From positions 1-41,568 of the forward strand of contig BTVI01000030.1 in assembly GCA_045862955.1 (NCBI GenBank): a stretch of 41,568 nt of DNA, given 5' to 3'. Of the stretch, positions 23,584 through 34,600 are shown one piece after another. How positions within the stretch are numbered: position 1 is the first letter of the stretch; each line of letters opens with the position of its first letter. The notes beneath the pieces were generated by a model. That model did no database searches. It was not told the DNA's origin and saw only the letters and a program-made list of their open reading frames with translations. This stretch comes from Fimbriimonadales bacterium (lineage in GTDB: Bacteria; Armatimonadota; Fimbriimonadia; Fimbriimonadales; JABRVX01). A program made the position numbers and the translations under genes.

Positions 23584-26238
23584 GTGCCCAAAGGACGACT
23601 GAACCTCGCCACTTGGATTCGCACGCTGACCGAGAAAAGCGCTCCACGGGAGTACACCGGAGAAGACCTACGTTGCGTAGCCATGCCACTCGGTGGCATC
23701 GGCACCGGCAGCATTGCCTTGTGCGGTGACGGAAGCCTGCGCCAGTGGCAGGTAGTGAACCAAGTGAACCACATAGCATGCGTGCCGGATTCGTTCTTTG
23801 CAGTATGGGCCCGTCAGCGCGGAATGGAACCGGTGGCGAAACTGCTCCAATCGGCAGCCTTCGCAGAAGACGCCTTCGACCCCGCCCCGGCGATAAGCGA
23901 CCACTACGTTCCCCCGACGTTGGTCCGCCGTCTACGTCGGCTACCCTGTGTGGAAGAGACCCGATTCTCTGGCGAATACCCCATCGCCCGCCTCGTCTAC
24001 ATCGATCGCGCACTTCCGGTAGACGTATCACTCGAGGCGTTCAGCCCATTCAAGCCGTTCGATGCGGAGGCATCGGGAATTCCTGCTATCTTGTTCACGT
24101 TCTGCGTTAAGAATCGAACCAAGGACCGCGTGTCCGCTGCGCTGATGGCTGGGCTGCAGAATTTCGTGGGGTGGGATGGTGTCAGCCTGATGAGCGGAGT
24201 GCAGAACCCGGGATACGGAGGTAACCAGAACATATTGCACCGCACGGCAGGATGCTACACCCTGGAGATGGTATCGTCGCGTCTTCAAGACGACCACCCC
24301 CACTGGGGGGAGTTGGCACTGGCAGCCCTCGCAGACGATGTTAGCGCCCTGCCGCAGTGGGACGATGTCGAGCAGATGTGGCACGACTTTCAACCCGACG
24401 GTGCCTTCCCGACCGTCTCCGGCATCTCTCCCAGTGCGCCTTGGCGTACCTGGAACGGGTCGCTCGCAGCGAAGTTCGAGCTGCAGCCGCAGGAGGCTCG
24501 TGAGATCACCTTCGTGCTGGCATGGTACTTCCCGAATCGCTTGGTGAACTGGCGTCAGCCTGCAGGCATCGTGCGAGACGAGAAGAGCCGCTTTTGGCTC
24601 GGCAACTACTACAACCGTTTCGGCTCGGTGGCCGCGGTGGTACAGCACGTGCGCGAGAACTTCGTCCGCATGCGCGAGGACGCTCGGCGATTCGTCGAGA
24701 CGATGTACCAGTCCTGTCACCCCTATTGGTTACTCGACGCCGTGACCGCGAATATCGTCCCCGCCAGGACTAACATCTGCTTGCGCACCCAGAAGGGCGA
24801 GTTCTTCGGTTTCGAAGGAGGGTGCGGGGCCTCGACGGATAGCATGAGATCGGTGGGCGGATGCTGCCCTCTGAACTGCACCCATGTTTGGAACTACGTG
24901 CTGACGGTAGGAAGGCTTTGGCCGGAGCTGGAGCTTTCTATGCGTCGAACGGACTGGCTCATCAATCAACACCCAACGGGATACCTACCACATCGCACAC
25001 CGCTGCCCGAGTACCTACCTCGCCTGTGGGAGATGCCGATCGGCGGGCCACCCAATCCCGCCTTGGACGGCCTATTCGGAGCCGTGCTAAAAACACTGCT
25101 AGTATATCAGTCTATGGGTGACAAAAGCATCTTGGAGACGCTCGCACCGAAGGTGTTCCTCGCAATGGATTACGTGATGGAGAAGCATGACACCGACGGG
25201 GACGGAGTCCTGAAGGGCGAGCAGCCGAACACCTATGACATACACCTCTATGGACCCAACACGTTCATCGGATCGCTGTATCTGGCTGCTCTCTTGGCCG
25301 CTGCCAAGCTAGCAGAGGCGATGGAGGATCGCGAGCGAGCGGCACGCTACCGAGACCGTGCAGACAAAGGCTCCCATGGATACGACAAGCTGTGTTGGAA
25401 CGGTTCCTACTACATCCAGGTAGTAGACCTGGAGCAGTATCCGGAGTATCAGTATGCGGAAGGTTGTGCATCCGACCAACTCCTGGGTCAGTGGTGGGCT
25501 CACATCTTGGGGCTCGGCTATGTTTTGCCCAAGGAGCACGTGAGAATAGCGCTGAGGAGCATCTTCGAGCGCAACTTCCGCGACGGCTTCGAGGGATTCG
25601 TGCAGGAGCCGAGGGTGTTCGCTTCTCCGAACGACCGCGGCCTTCTCGTGGCATCGTACGAGCCGGGAAAGCGACCGAAGGTACCACTGCTGTACTCCGA
25701 CGAGGTGTGGACAGGCATTGAGTACGCGGTCGCAGCGCTCATGCTACACGAGGGACTGACTACCGAGGGACTGGCTATCGTGAAGGCCGCGCGAGATCGA
25801 TATGACGGGTACGAGCGCAACCCGTGGAACGAGGTGGAGTGCGGCGACCACTACGTGCGACCGATGAGCAGTTGGTCGTTGCTCGACCTGACTTCGGGTG
25901 TGGTCTATGAGGCCCGCGAAGCACGAATCCGCTTCCGACCCACCTATCAGCGAGAGGAGTTTTGCGGATTCTTCACCGCAGGCCGATCATACGGTCTATA
26001 CCGCCAGACTCTCAGACCGGACCGGCTGGATGCAGCCATAGAGGTAGCCGACGGCGAACTGGCGCTGCAGGAGGTGGTGCTGGAAGTGCCCGGACAAAAG
26101 CACGTCGGCGAAGTGCTGCTGGACGGAACGCCGTGCGCGGCGAAGATGTCGCGTGAAGGAGACGACGTGCGTGTCAAGCTTTCCTCGCGTTGGTCACTTG
26201 CCGGAGGGCAGACACTAACACTCCGTCTCTCGACATAG
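23584..26238 (+). CDS. Glycoside hydrolase family 116 (GBA2-type beta-glucosidase/glucosylceramidase)
   Basis: RBS GGAGG then GTG 23584. Motifs AMPLGGIGTG, FGFEG, NCTHVWNY, QPNTYD, SDQLLGQWW, EVWTGIEY, ECGDHYVRPMSSW. Confidence 0.9.
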   Translation: MPKGRLNLATWIRTLTEKSAPREYTGEDLRCVAMPLGGIGTGSIALCGDGSLRQWQVVNQVNHIACVPDSFFAVWARQRGMEPVAKLLQSAAFAEDAFDPAPAISDHYVPPTLVRRLRRLPCVEETRFSGEYPIARLVYIDRALPVDVSLEAFSPFKPFDAEASGIPAILFTFCVKNRTKDRVSAALMAGLQNFVGWDGVSLMSGVQNPGYGGNQNILHRTAGCYTLEMVSSRLQDDHPHWGELALAALADDVSALPQWDDVEQMWHDFQPDGAFPTVSGISPSAPWRTWNGSLAAKFELQPQEAREITFVLAWYFPNRLVNWRQPAGIVRDEKSRFWLGNYYNRFGSVAAVVQHVRENFVRMREDARRFVETMYQSCHPYWLLDAVTANIVPARTNICLRTQKGEFFGFEGGCGASTDSMRSVGGCCPLNCTHVWNYVLTVGRLWPELELSMRRTDWLINQHPTGYLPHRTPLPEYLPRLWEMPIGGPPNPALDGLFGAVLKTLLVYQSMGDKSILETLAPKVFLAMDYVMEKHDTDGDGVLKGEQPNTYDIHLYGPNTFIGSLYLAALLAAAKLAEAMEDRERAARYRDRADKGSHGYDKLCWNGSYYIQVVDLEQYPEYQYAEGCASDQLLGQWWAHILGLGYVLPKEHVRIALRSIFERNFRDGFEGFVQEPRVFASPNDRGLLVASYEPGKRPKVPLLYSDEVWTGIEYAVAALMLHEGLTTEGLAIVKAARDRYDGYERNPWNEVECGDHYVRPMSSWSLLDLTSGVVYEAREARIRFRPTYQREEFCGFFTAGRSYGLYRQTLRPDRLDAAIEVADGELALQEVVLEVPGQKHVGEVLLDGTPCAAKMSREGDDVRVKLSSRWSLAGGQTLTLRLST

Positions 26239-26243
26239 AGCAC

Positions 26244-27050
26244 CTAGCGAGTGCCGCCATTCATCACGCTGGTAGCTCTGCTATACGCCTTCGGGTCCAG
26301 CTTCAGGAGGCGTTCAGCCGCCGCTCGTCGAGAGGCATCGCTCGGACGTGCGGTCTCCATGCACCGGACTAGGTGCTCGACTGCAGCAGCCTTGTTCCCC
26401 ATGCCTTCCAGTGCAATACCCAGGTGCAGTAGCACCTCCGAGTTGTCGGGATAGAGCTCGAGGGCCCGCTTCAGTTCCTGAACCGCCTCTTTATACCTGC
26501 CAGCCTTGCAGAGCGCCCAACCGACGGTATCACGTGCCTCGGGGCGGTCCGGCCTGGCTGCCACTGCTTTGCGTGCAAGTTCGAGCCCTCTCGAGATGTC
26601 CTTCTCCGTGTCCACCAAGAAGTACGCGAAGTCGTTCAGCACCTGCGGGTCCTCGGGCGCCATCTCGAACGCGATCTCGAACTCGGTGAATGCCGCCTCG
26701 TTGTCACCCTGTGCGAAGGAGTCTGCCGCCATCAGCCGATGCACTTGCGCTTGGTCCGCCTTGCTGAGGTTCGGCATGGCAGTCAGCGCTCGCTGCATCA
26801 CCCGCCGCGCATCTTCGAAGCGCCCTGCGAATGCGTAGGACTTCCTCAGACTTTGATAGGTGGCAAGGTCTCCGCCTGCGCGTGACAAGATGCTGTCCTC
26901 CAGCGCCCGCGCCTTCTGCATGTTTCCTGCGCGGGCAGCGATGCGGTGCTGCTCGCTGAGCGGAATCTCGTTCTTCTCGGGTGCCTCACGGCAACCCGCA
27001 AGAAAGGCAGCGAAAAACATCACCACTACCCATAAAGAGCGTGCAAACAT
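26244..27050 (-). CDS. TPR-repeat lipoprotein
   Basis: ATG 27050 after GAGGGA. Lipobox LAG-C; TPR units (VLNDFAYFL, DTVGWALCKAGRYKEA, LHLGIALEGMG). Confidence 0.85.
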   Translation of the reverse strand: MFARSLWVVVMFFAAFLAGCREAPEKNEIPLSEQHRIAARAGNMQKARALEDSILSRAGGDLATYQSLRKSYAFAGRFEDARRVMQRALTAMPNLSKADQAQVHRLMAADSFAQGDNEAAFTEFEIAFEMAPEDPQVLNDFAYFLVDTEKDISRGLELARKAVAARPDRPEARDTVGWALCKAGRYKEAVQELKRALELYPDNSEVLLHLGIALEGMGNKAAAVEHLVRCMETARPSDASRRAAAERLLKLDPKAYSRATSVMNGGTR

Positions 27051-27667
27051 TCCCTCACCCGTTCTTCCGCTATGGCTCCGACTCGTAACACCTCGGGGCT
27101 GTCGCCCGTGACGTCTACGACCGTCGAGGGCGTACCCAGTGGCGATGGGCCACCCGACAACACCATCTCGAGCCCGGACCCGAGCGCTGCAACGATCTCC
27201 TCTACACGCATCGCAGGCGGCGACCCTGTCTTGTTCGCGCTGGGACACGCGAGCGGCCCGCCGAAAGCCGACAGAAGCGCCAGCGCCACCGGATGATTCG
27301 GCACCCTGAGCCCCACGGAGCCGCCCCTGCCTCGGGCCAGAGGCGCGATCCGCGGGTCGCCGGGAACCACGACCGTGATCGGGCCGGGCGCGAAGGACTC
27401 GAACAGCAGCCTTGCGGCTTCCGGTAACGGCTCAGTCCACCATGGTGGCTCCACCCGATACACCTGCACTGGAAACGGGTGGTTCTCCTCGCGCCCTTTA
27501 AGCTCGGCCAGACGCTCGCAGGCGGAGGCGTTGGTCGCATCGCAAGCAAGGCCATAGACGGTCTCGGTGACATACGCAATGATGCCGCCGGCACGTAGGA
27601 TGGCCGCCGCCTCCCTGATCTCGCAGGCAGCTTCCGTGACATCGTCAGCGAGCGTAATCGTGCGCAT
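27026..27667 (-). CDS. tsaC: L-threonylcarbamoyladenylate synthase (TsaC/YrdC-type, single domain)
   Basis: Motifs TETVYGL, KGR, PGPIT, GLRVP, PSANKTG, STVVD, RVGAI. Confidence 0.9.
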   Translation of the reverse strand: MRTITLADDVTEAACEIREAAAILRAGGIIAYVTETVYGLACDATNASACERLAELKGREENHPFPVQVYRVEPPWWTEPLPEAARLLFESFAPGPITVVVPGDPRIAPLARGRGGSVGLRVPNHPVALALLSAFGGPLACPSANKTGSPPAMRVEEIVAALGSGLEMVLSGGPSPLGTPSTVVDVTGDSPEVLRVGAIAEERVRECLHALYG

Positions 27668-27709
27668 TTCCAGCCTCTATACCGCATTGTCGGCGCGCCC
27701 GAGGCCCGA

Positions 27710-27726
27710 TTGGCACGAACCTTGCC
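27710..27726 (+). promoter_or_regulatory. Sigma54 (-24/-12) promoter motif
   Basis: TTGGCACG-aacc-TTGC at 27710-27725 matches YTGGCACG-N4-TTGC; intergenic, upstream of the 27888 gene. Confidence 0.65.
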
Positions 27727-27887
27727 CCATATTGGCCGAGCGACCGCACCCCGCAACCGGAGGAGGCGGCGCCATCTCGATTGCTTGCGCGCCGGACTTG
27801 GCGCGACGGTTTGTTTGGCGAAAGGAGAGCCTACGCTCTTGCGAGCCTGCGCTGCCGCGCGTGTCCAGGCGCCGATTGGAGTGCGCG

Positions 27888-28496
27888 ATGGAACCCGTGC
27901 GGCTGGTCTTGGCAGAGAAGAGCATCGCCCTGCAGAAGGTGCTTCAGGCAGGGCTCGAACGGTTCGATTTCCAGGTGACGCCCGTCCGGACCCTTTCCGC
28001 TGCGCTCGCGGCATGCATAGAAGGTAGGGTCCGAGCCGTGCTTCTCGGTGAAGACTTGGTGAACGGGGCCTCGCTCGAGCTCGACCCACGCATCACGCTT
28101 ATCATGATGACCGATGCCGCTCCCCCAGAAACCCCCTGCCTCTGGATTCGCAAGCCCTTCGATCCGGCACTGCTGGTCGCATTCCTTTATCGCCGTTGTC
28201 GGCGAGAACACCCGCGGCTAAACCGGCGCTGTCACTATCGGGAGCAGGCACACGGCTCGGCGGTGGTTGTAGCCGAGAAGACCGGTACCACCACATTCTC
28301 CGAACTGCTCGACCTGAGCCCGAGAGGATGCAGCGTCTTCTCTAGCCACGGGGCCAGCGAGGGTGACACCGTGCAGATGCTGGTGCGCGTCGGCCGTTGC
28401 GAGCGAGCGCTGCGGGGTGTCGTGCGCAACGCCCGGCTGGTGGTCACCGAAGATGGCGAGCTCCGCCGTGCCCTCGGCGTGGAGTTCGTGGACTAG
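27888..28496 (+). CDS. Degenerate receiver-like domain fused to PilZ domain
   Basis: ATG 27888 after GGAG. REC-like fold ending IRKPFD but with G at the phosphoacceptor position (VLLGED). PilZ motifs RCHYR (RxxxR) and DLSPRG (DxSxxG); ends LGVEF. Confidence 0.75.
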   Translation: MEPVRLVLAEKSIALQKVLQAGLERFDFQVTPVRTLSAALAACIEGRVRAVLLGEDLVNGASLELDPRITLIMMTDAAPPETPCLWIRKPFDPALLVAFLYRRCRREHPRLNRRCHYREQAHGSAVVVAEKTGTTTFSELLDLSPRGCSVFSSHGASEGDTVQMLVRVGRCERALRGVVRNARLVVTEDGELRRALGVEFVD

Positions 28497-28566
28497 CCTC
28501 CGCACTTCTTCGTATTAGGTGCCACCGGCGCAGGAGCGGTGGAGATATGAAGTGTGAGTACAGCAC

Positions 28567-31551
28567 TTACTGCCTCGACCACCAGGCCTTCCATGCCGCC
28601 AATCGAGTAGCGGACTCCTCCGGATCGCTGATCCACCTATCCAGCGGCTTCTGCCCGGACGCACGGCACAAGGCAGCGTCGAAGGCCCCGCGCTCTTCCG
28701 GCCCAGCTTTCTCCCACACCTCCAGGAGGATGGGGATTGCGCGGCGGGCGTTGGCATCGAGTCGGTTCACGTGCGCAGCCAGAGACGTAGCCGCCCATGC
28801 CTTCATCTGTGGGTCCTTCAGGCTGGTGACGGCATGGTAAGCTAGGTCGAACACCTCCTGGGTCGGTGTACGCGAGCAGTAGTGCAAGATGAAGGCGCGG
28901 ACCATTCGATCCTCTTCGACATCCCACAACCTACGTAGGATCGGTGCTGCCGCGGGCAGCTGCTCGTCCCTCATTCGCACGCAGAACCACCTTCGGTCCT
29001 CGATCCCATAGCCCATGAGCGTGTCGGCCACCGACTTCGCATCCGGCGCCGTGCCAATGCGAAGCGAGATCGTCATCGCATCGATCGCGAGCCGTGCGTC
29101 CGGGTATGCACACATCGCTTTGAGTGCATCGAGCACAGGCTTGCTCTTCCACACAGGCAGCCGGGCATAGTCAATGCGCTTAGTCGAGTCTTCGCCCTTT
29201 GCCAACCACTGTCCGGCCTGTGGCTTCCACATGAGCAATAGGGCGTGTAGGATAGGCCGGACGATCTCTGCATCCTCGCCCGGGCGCAGACGTGCACACA
29301 GCCTCGGGAAGTAGTCCTCGGGCTTGACCATATAAGTATCGGTGCACCAGTAGAGTGCCACCTTGAAGACCGACGGGTTGTGGTCATTCAGCAGTCTTAG
29401 GATGTGCGGGGCGGCCTGGGCGGAACGTGTCGCTCCGAGGCCGACGGCGGCTCGGAAGCGCACACGCCAGTTAGCATCCTCTGCCAGCGTGGCCAGAACG
29501 GGAACCACGCGCGCATCGGCACTTCGAGAGAGCGCACGCGCATACGCCTCGCGCGCCTCCTCCGAAAAGCTGGCCGAAGCCTCTGCCAAACCTAACAACT
29601 CGTCCGTGGCCTTCAGCAGGCCGAGCGCGCGCAAGGCCGCCACCTGCACTTCGCCGGCCACCGCCGCCGCGTCCCGCAACGCAGCCCGGAAGCGCCCATC
29701 TCCCGACGCGGCCATCGCGTTGCACAGCGCGATGTCGAGCGGGCCCGCATCGGCAAGGTACTGCACTTCGCCGACCAGGCCGAGCATCTCGAGAGCCAGT
29801 GCCCGCACTTCACCCGTCCCTTTACCACACTCACGAAGGGCTGCAATCAGCGGCGCGACATCACCACGCGGCTCGCGCACGATGCGCCTGAGCGTCCCCT
29901 CTGCCCACGCCGGAACGGGCCCCGAGCGCCCGGCCAGTGCACTCACCAGCGCAGCACCTGCCACTGCGCCTCCCGCAACCATTCGCTCCCTGGCAGCCTC
30001 CTTCGCCATCGGGTCGCCATCGGCGATCAGCACCTGCACTAGGCGGGCCATGTCATCTGCCGCCAAAGGGATGGGTGGTTCCTGCGTGTAGGAGATTCCC
30101 TCGAACGAGGGCACGTAGTACTCCGGTTGGTTCGGGTAGTCCCCCGCGAGCATGGGCGACCAGAACGCATCCGCGGCCTTCACCAAGCAGCGGCGATAGT
30201 CCGTCTCGGCATCCGGCGGCACGGGGTACCAGATGGTGCCTGCCATTCCCAACACGCGCTCGGATGCCAACGATGCGGCGTATATGGAATAGAACTGGTC
30301 GTTCTCCACGTGCCACTGCGACCAGGGAGAGCAGAGGATGCGAAAGCCATCGTCCAAGTATCGCTTTGCCGAGGTGAAGTCGTTGCCGCCATACAGCCAC
30401 GGCAGTACGATGATGTCACGTGGAAGATCGGCCGCTTCCTTGCCTAACAGGCTGATCCCGTCGTTCCACACGAGCGTGCGCAGGCCCTGACGAATCAAGT
30501 ACTCGTGACACAGCAGGATCAGCTCCTTGTGCACCTTGGGATCGCGGAGAGGGTTCTCGTTAAAGTCTTGCGCTACGTCTTCGTCCATCCCTATCAGGAA
30601 GTTAGCAGGCCGCAACGTCTCGATCACCTCGTCGAAGGCCTCGAAGAGCGCCTCCCGGTACAGATCGGTGTCGAGCGCCGCGTAAGGGTACGGTGCCAGC
30701 CAGATGTCGTGGGCGGCCGACGCATTCATGAACGCGGTCAGCTCCAAGCCCAAAGCCTTTGCCTTATCGGCCACAACGCGCACGCTCGCCTTATCGTTCT
30801 GGGTGAAGCCCTCGACGAAGATCTCCGGCAAGCGATCCATCTTCATGCCGCAGCCAATCTCCACCACCAGCCCGGTCAGCTTGTGGTGTGCGGCAAGCCG
30901 GACCGAGCGCTCCAACAAGTCCGTGCGCGTGATATGCCGATAGCGATGCTCGCCTCGCTCGTAAGCCGATCCGTACACGCCGAAGGGCAGCTGAAGACTC
31001 CGCCACCCGTGCGCCGGCCAATCGGCGATGAACAGCCCAGGCAGCTCGAGCGTATCACCGGTTCGCTCGCACTGGCGCGCGATCTGCAAGAGAGTCTGCA
31101 GACCGTGGAAGCACGCGCGCATCGAGTTCCCGGCAAGCACCACGTATTCGGGGGTGATTCGGACGTTGTAGCCTTCCTCGGGGCCGGGACGCACGATGCC
31201 CTGTGGCGTCGGCTCCAGCCACGGCAGGTGGCCGATTCGCTCGTGCAAGCCGACAGTGATGTCGCCCTTCCGGTAGCCGTGCTCGTCCGCCTCCTCTACC
31301 CGGATGCTCAGCCCGGACCGCGCAGACAACTCGGCAGCGAGCTCCCGTGCCGACACTCGGAGGTACGGTGGGCAGTCGCGGGGGATCAGCACGCGCGTAC
31401 CAGGCTTCAGCGCAAACCCCTCTTTGGCGGCTTGCATGAGCTGTGGCCGGGGTCGCAGCTGCGGCAGTTCCCTCACCAACTCGGGCTGGGCGGGGACAGA
31501 GGAAGCTGCAAGGCCTGCCACTAACGTCAGCATCAGTGCACAGGTTCTCAT
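28567..31551 (-). CDS. Secreted GH20-like hexosaminidase (domain 2 plus catalytic barrel) fused to HEAT/PBS-lyase-like repeats
   Basis: Signal peptide; EEGYNVRIT..GLQTLLQ..IADWP (GH20 domain 2); IGMDE; VWNDG; HEAT repeats such as LAEDANWRVRFRAAVGLG. Confidence 0.75.
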   Translation of the reverse strand: MRTCALMLTLVAGLAASSVPAQPELVRELPQLRPRPQLMQAAKEGFALKPGTRVLIPRDCPPYLRVSARELAAELSARSGLSIRVEEADEHGYRKGDITVGLHERIGHLPWLEPTPQGIVRPGPEEGYNVRITPEYVVLAGNSMRACFHGLQTLLQIARQCERTGDTLELPGLFIADWPAHGWRSLQLPFGVYGSAYERGEHRYRHITRTDLLERSVRLAAHHKLTGLVVEIGCGMKMDRLPEIFVEGFTQNDKASVRVVADKAKALGLELTAFMNASAAHDIWLAPYPYAALDTDLYREALFEAFDEVIETLRPANFLIGMDEDVAQDFNENPLRDPKVHKELILLCHEYLIRQGLRTLVWNDGISLLGKEAADLPRDIIVLPWLYGGNDFTSAKRYLDDGFRILCSPWSQWHVENDQFYSIYAASLASERVLGMAGTIWYPVPPDAETDYRRCLVKAADAFWSPMLAGDYPNQPEYYVPSFEGISYTQEPPIPLAADDMARLVQVLIADGDPMAKEAARERMVAGGAVAGAALVSALAGRSGPVPAWAEGTLRRIVREPRGDVAPLIAALRECGKGTGEVRALALEMLGLVGEVQYLADAGPLDIALCNAMAASGDGRFRAALRDAAAVAGEVQVAALRALGLLKATDELLGLAEASASFSEEAREAYARALSRSADARVVPVLATLAEDANWRVRFRAAVGLGATRSAQAAPHILRLLNDHNPSVFKVALYWCTDTYMVKPEDYFPRLCARLRPGEDAEIVRPILHALLLMWKPQAGQWLAKGEDSTKRIDYARLPVWKSKPVLDALKAMCAYPDARLAIDAMTISLRIGTAPDAKSVADTLMGYGIEDRRWFCVRMRDEQLPAAAPILRRLWDVEEDRMVRAFILHYCSRTPTQEVFDLAYHAVTSLKDPQMKAWAATSLAAHVNRLDANARRAIPILLEVWEKAGPEERGAFDAALCRASGQKPLDRWISDPEESATRLAAWKAWWSRQ

Positions 31552-31635
31552 GCATGCCTCTTCGCGGTCCGTGCCCCGTGATCCTTCCGTCCGCTGGTCG
31601 CCCCCGAGCGGGGCCTCAGGTACGATACCGCCGAT

Positions 31636-34600
31636 ATGGTACTGATGGAACTGGCAGCAATGATGGCAGCCGCGCCGGCGTTGTGGAGCATCGGCATTTC
31701 GGACGACACTTCCATGGGGCTAGCCCTCGCTCCCTCGGCCTACAGGGAGTTCTCAGGCGACGCCTATTACGTAGTAGGCGCATCCCGCCCAGAGCGTGAC
31801 TGGCCCTATGTGCACCCGGGCCCCTCGGATGCTTGGGCAGGTAGTACCAGCCACACCTTCACGGTTTGGTTCGGGCTCGAAGCAACACCTGCCCGCGACT
31901 GCACTCTCGTACTGGATCTGCTCGACACACACGGATCCGTGCCCCCGCAGTTGTTGGTGGATCTCAACGGGATGCGCATAGCCGACATCCAAACTACACA
32001 CGGCTCAGGCAGTGAGCGCGCCTTGGAGGGGGAATACGAGCGCGGCAAGCCGTTCGAGGCCGAGGTCAGGCTGCCGAACGAGCACCTGAAAGCGGGCGAC
32101 AACGTGCTGACGATCACGAACGCCAGGGGGAGTTGGGTGGTGTATGACAGTTTGCGAATGGAGGCACCCGAGGGAACGACGCTGAAACAAGTGACTCCCC
32201 ACTCAAGTGGGGAAGTCCTGCCGGCTCGAGCGGTCATCTATCGAACGCCGGAAGGGCCACGCCAACAGGTGGCGGTGCGAGTGACCTATCGCGGCGAGCC
32301 TACCCAAGCACACATCTCGGTGGACGGAGCGACCCCCATGACAGCCGACATCCACTCGGGGTCGCAGACGCTGCGGGCGATGGTCTCCGCCGCAACAGCT
32401 CCACGCACAGTGGGCATCGAGATCCGAACCGAGTCGGGCATGGCAGCCGACCTCCAGACCGAGGTCGAGCCGGTGCGCCGGTGGGACGTGTACATTCTTC
32501 CTCACTCCCACGTCGACGTGGGGTACACGAGTCACCAGAGCGTCGCACTGAAGACCCACAAGAAGAACATACTGGACGCAGCCCGGCTCGCAGAAGCTAC
32601 CAACAGCTACCCCGAGGGCGCGCGCTTCCGATGGAATTGTGAGACGTTCTGGGCTCTCGACGACCTGCTGCGCACGATGGACGAGCCCGAGTGGGAGAAT
32701 CTCGCGCCGTGGCTATGGAACGGGTGTATTCACCCCGACGCCTCCTATGCTCACCTGCTCTCCGGTTTGGCTCGGCCTGAGGAGTTGCTACGGAGCTTCC
32801 GGATGTCCCGGCTGCCCAGGCCGAAGAGCGTGCCCCAATCGGATGCAGCGATGCTGGTGGACGTGCCTGGCGCGAGCTGGGGCATGGTAACAGCGATGGC
32901 ACACGCAGGGGTCCGGTACCTGGTCCTAGCACCTAACAACTCGGATCGCATAGGTCGTGTAAGGGTAGCGTGGGAGAACAAGCCCTTCTACTGGGTGTCG
33001 CCCTCCGGCAAGGAGCAGGTGCTCGTGTGGCAGACCGAACCCTACTCGCTCGCCACATTCCTAAAGACTGGACCCAATGGGTGGGGATACTCCAACCTGG
33101 ACTCACCGCCGGAGCCCATCCGCACACCAGACCCACAGAAGCACTTTCTCGATCCGTGGCTGTTCGAGAAGCTATCTGCACTCGAGACTGCGCAGTACCC
33201 CTATGATATGCTATTGGTCACGTGGGCTCTGGCCGACAACTCGCCGATCGACCCCGACCTCCCAGATGCCGTGCGCCGCTGGAACGAGACGTATGAATTC
33301 CCTAGGCTGGTGATTGCTACCACCTCCGAAGCGATGCGAGAGTTCGAGCGCCGATACGGTAGCAGTGTGCCACGAGTCAGTGGTGACTATTCGCCTTACT
33401 GGGAGGAGGGCGCCGCATCCAGTGCGCGCGAGACCGCACTGAATCGTGCCTCTGCAGACCGTCTGGTTCAGGCCGAGACGCTGTGGGCTATGCTGGACCC
33501 CGACAGCTACCCTCAGGAAGACTTCCTGGATGCGTGGCGCAACGTACTACTATACACCGAACACACATGGGGAGCGCACTCCAGCGTGTGGGATCCCGAC
33601 AGCGATTTCGTGCGAAAGCAGTGGGAGACGAAGCAGCGTTTTGTGCTAGACGCGGACGAGCAGTCTCGACGTTTGCTGAGCCGTGCGCTCAGTGCAGATG
33701 ATGGTAACGATCAGCGTGAGATCGATGTGTTCAATACCTCGTCCTGGACACGCACGGAGTTGGTATCACTCCCTCGCAACTGGTCGCTCGCGAGAGACCG
33801 AGTGGAGGATGCCGATGGCAAGCCAGTGCCTTCGCAACGCCTGTCGAATGGTGAACTGGCATTCATCGCCTCGGAGGTGCCCGCCTTCGGTGCGAAGCGC
33901 TTCCGACTCGTACCAGGCGAGCCCTACGTGGCACGGTCTGCTACACCCGATGGCCACTCGGTCCAGAACGACACCTACCGTGTCACCTTGGACGAAGCCA
34001 CCGGAGACATTGCCAGCATCGTGCGAATCGAGGACGGCCGGGAGCTAGTGGACGGCTCACAGCCGCATCGCTTCAACCAATACCTGTACGTTCGAGGAGC
34101 GGACATCGAGGGTGCGAGCACCTCCGGCGCACCCAGGATCGAGGTGATCGAGCGCGGCCCACTGGTTGCCACGTTGCGCGTCACCTCCGCCGCACCGGGA
34201 TGCAGGTACTTGGTGCGAGAGGTCCGTGTCATCGCAGGCATCGACCGCGTAGACATCACGAACACGGTGTGGAAGCGCCCGGTGCGCGAAAAAGAGGGAG
34301 TGCACTTCGCTTTTCCGTTCTCCGTCCGAGGCGGCCAGGTGCGCTTCGACACGGCATGGGCCGTCGTGACTCCAGAGACGGGCCAGATTCCGGGTGCTAA
34401 CAAGAACTTCCTCAGCGTGCAACGCTGGGTGGACGTATCGAACTCGTGGCACGGCATCACGCTGGCGACCCCCGACGCTCCGCTGATCGAGTTGGGCGGG
34501 CTGTGGGGAAATCTGATCGGCAGCCAAACAAACCCGGAAGCGTGGCTCGAGAGGCTGACACCTACGCAGACGATCTACTCGTGGGTGATGAACAACCACT

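Noticed and set aside
23498..24031. N-terminal extension of the URO-D-like ORF (537 aa in the track)
   Set aside because: It overlaps the GH116 gene on the opposite strand; the family-like sequence begins at ATG 23497.
27567..27887. N-terminal extension of the REC-PilZ ORF
   Set aside because: It overlaps tsaC antisense and spans the sigma54 motif; RBS and ATG at 27888 fit better.
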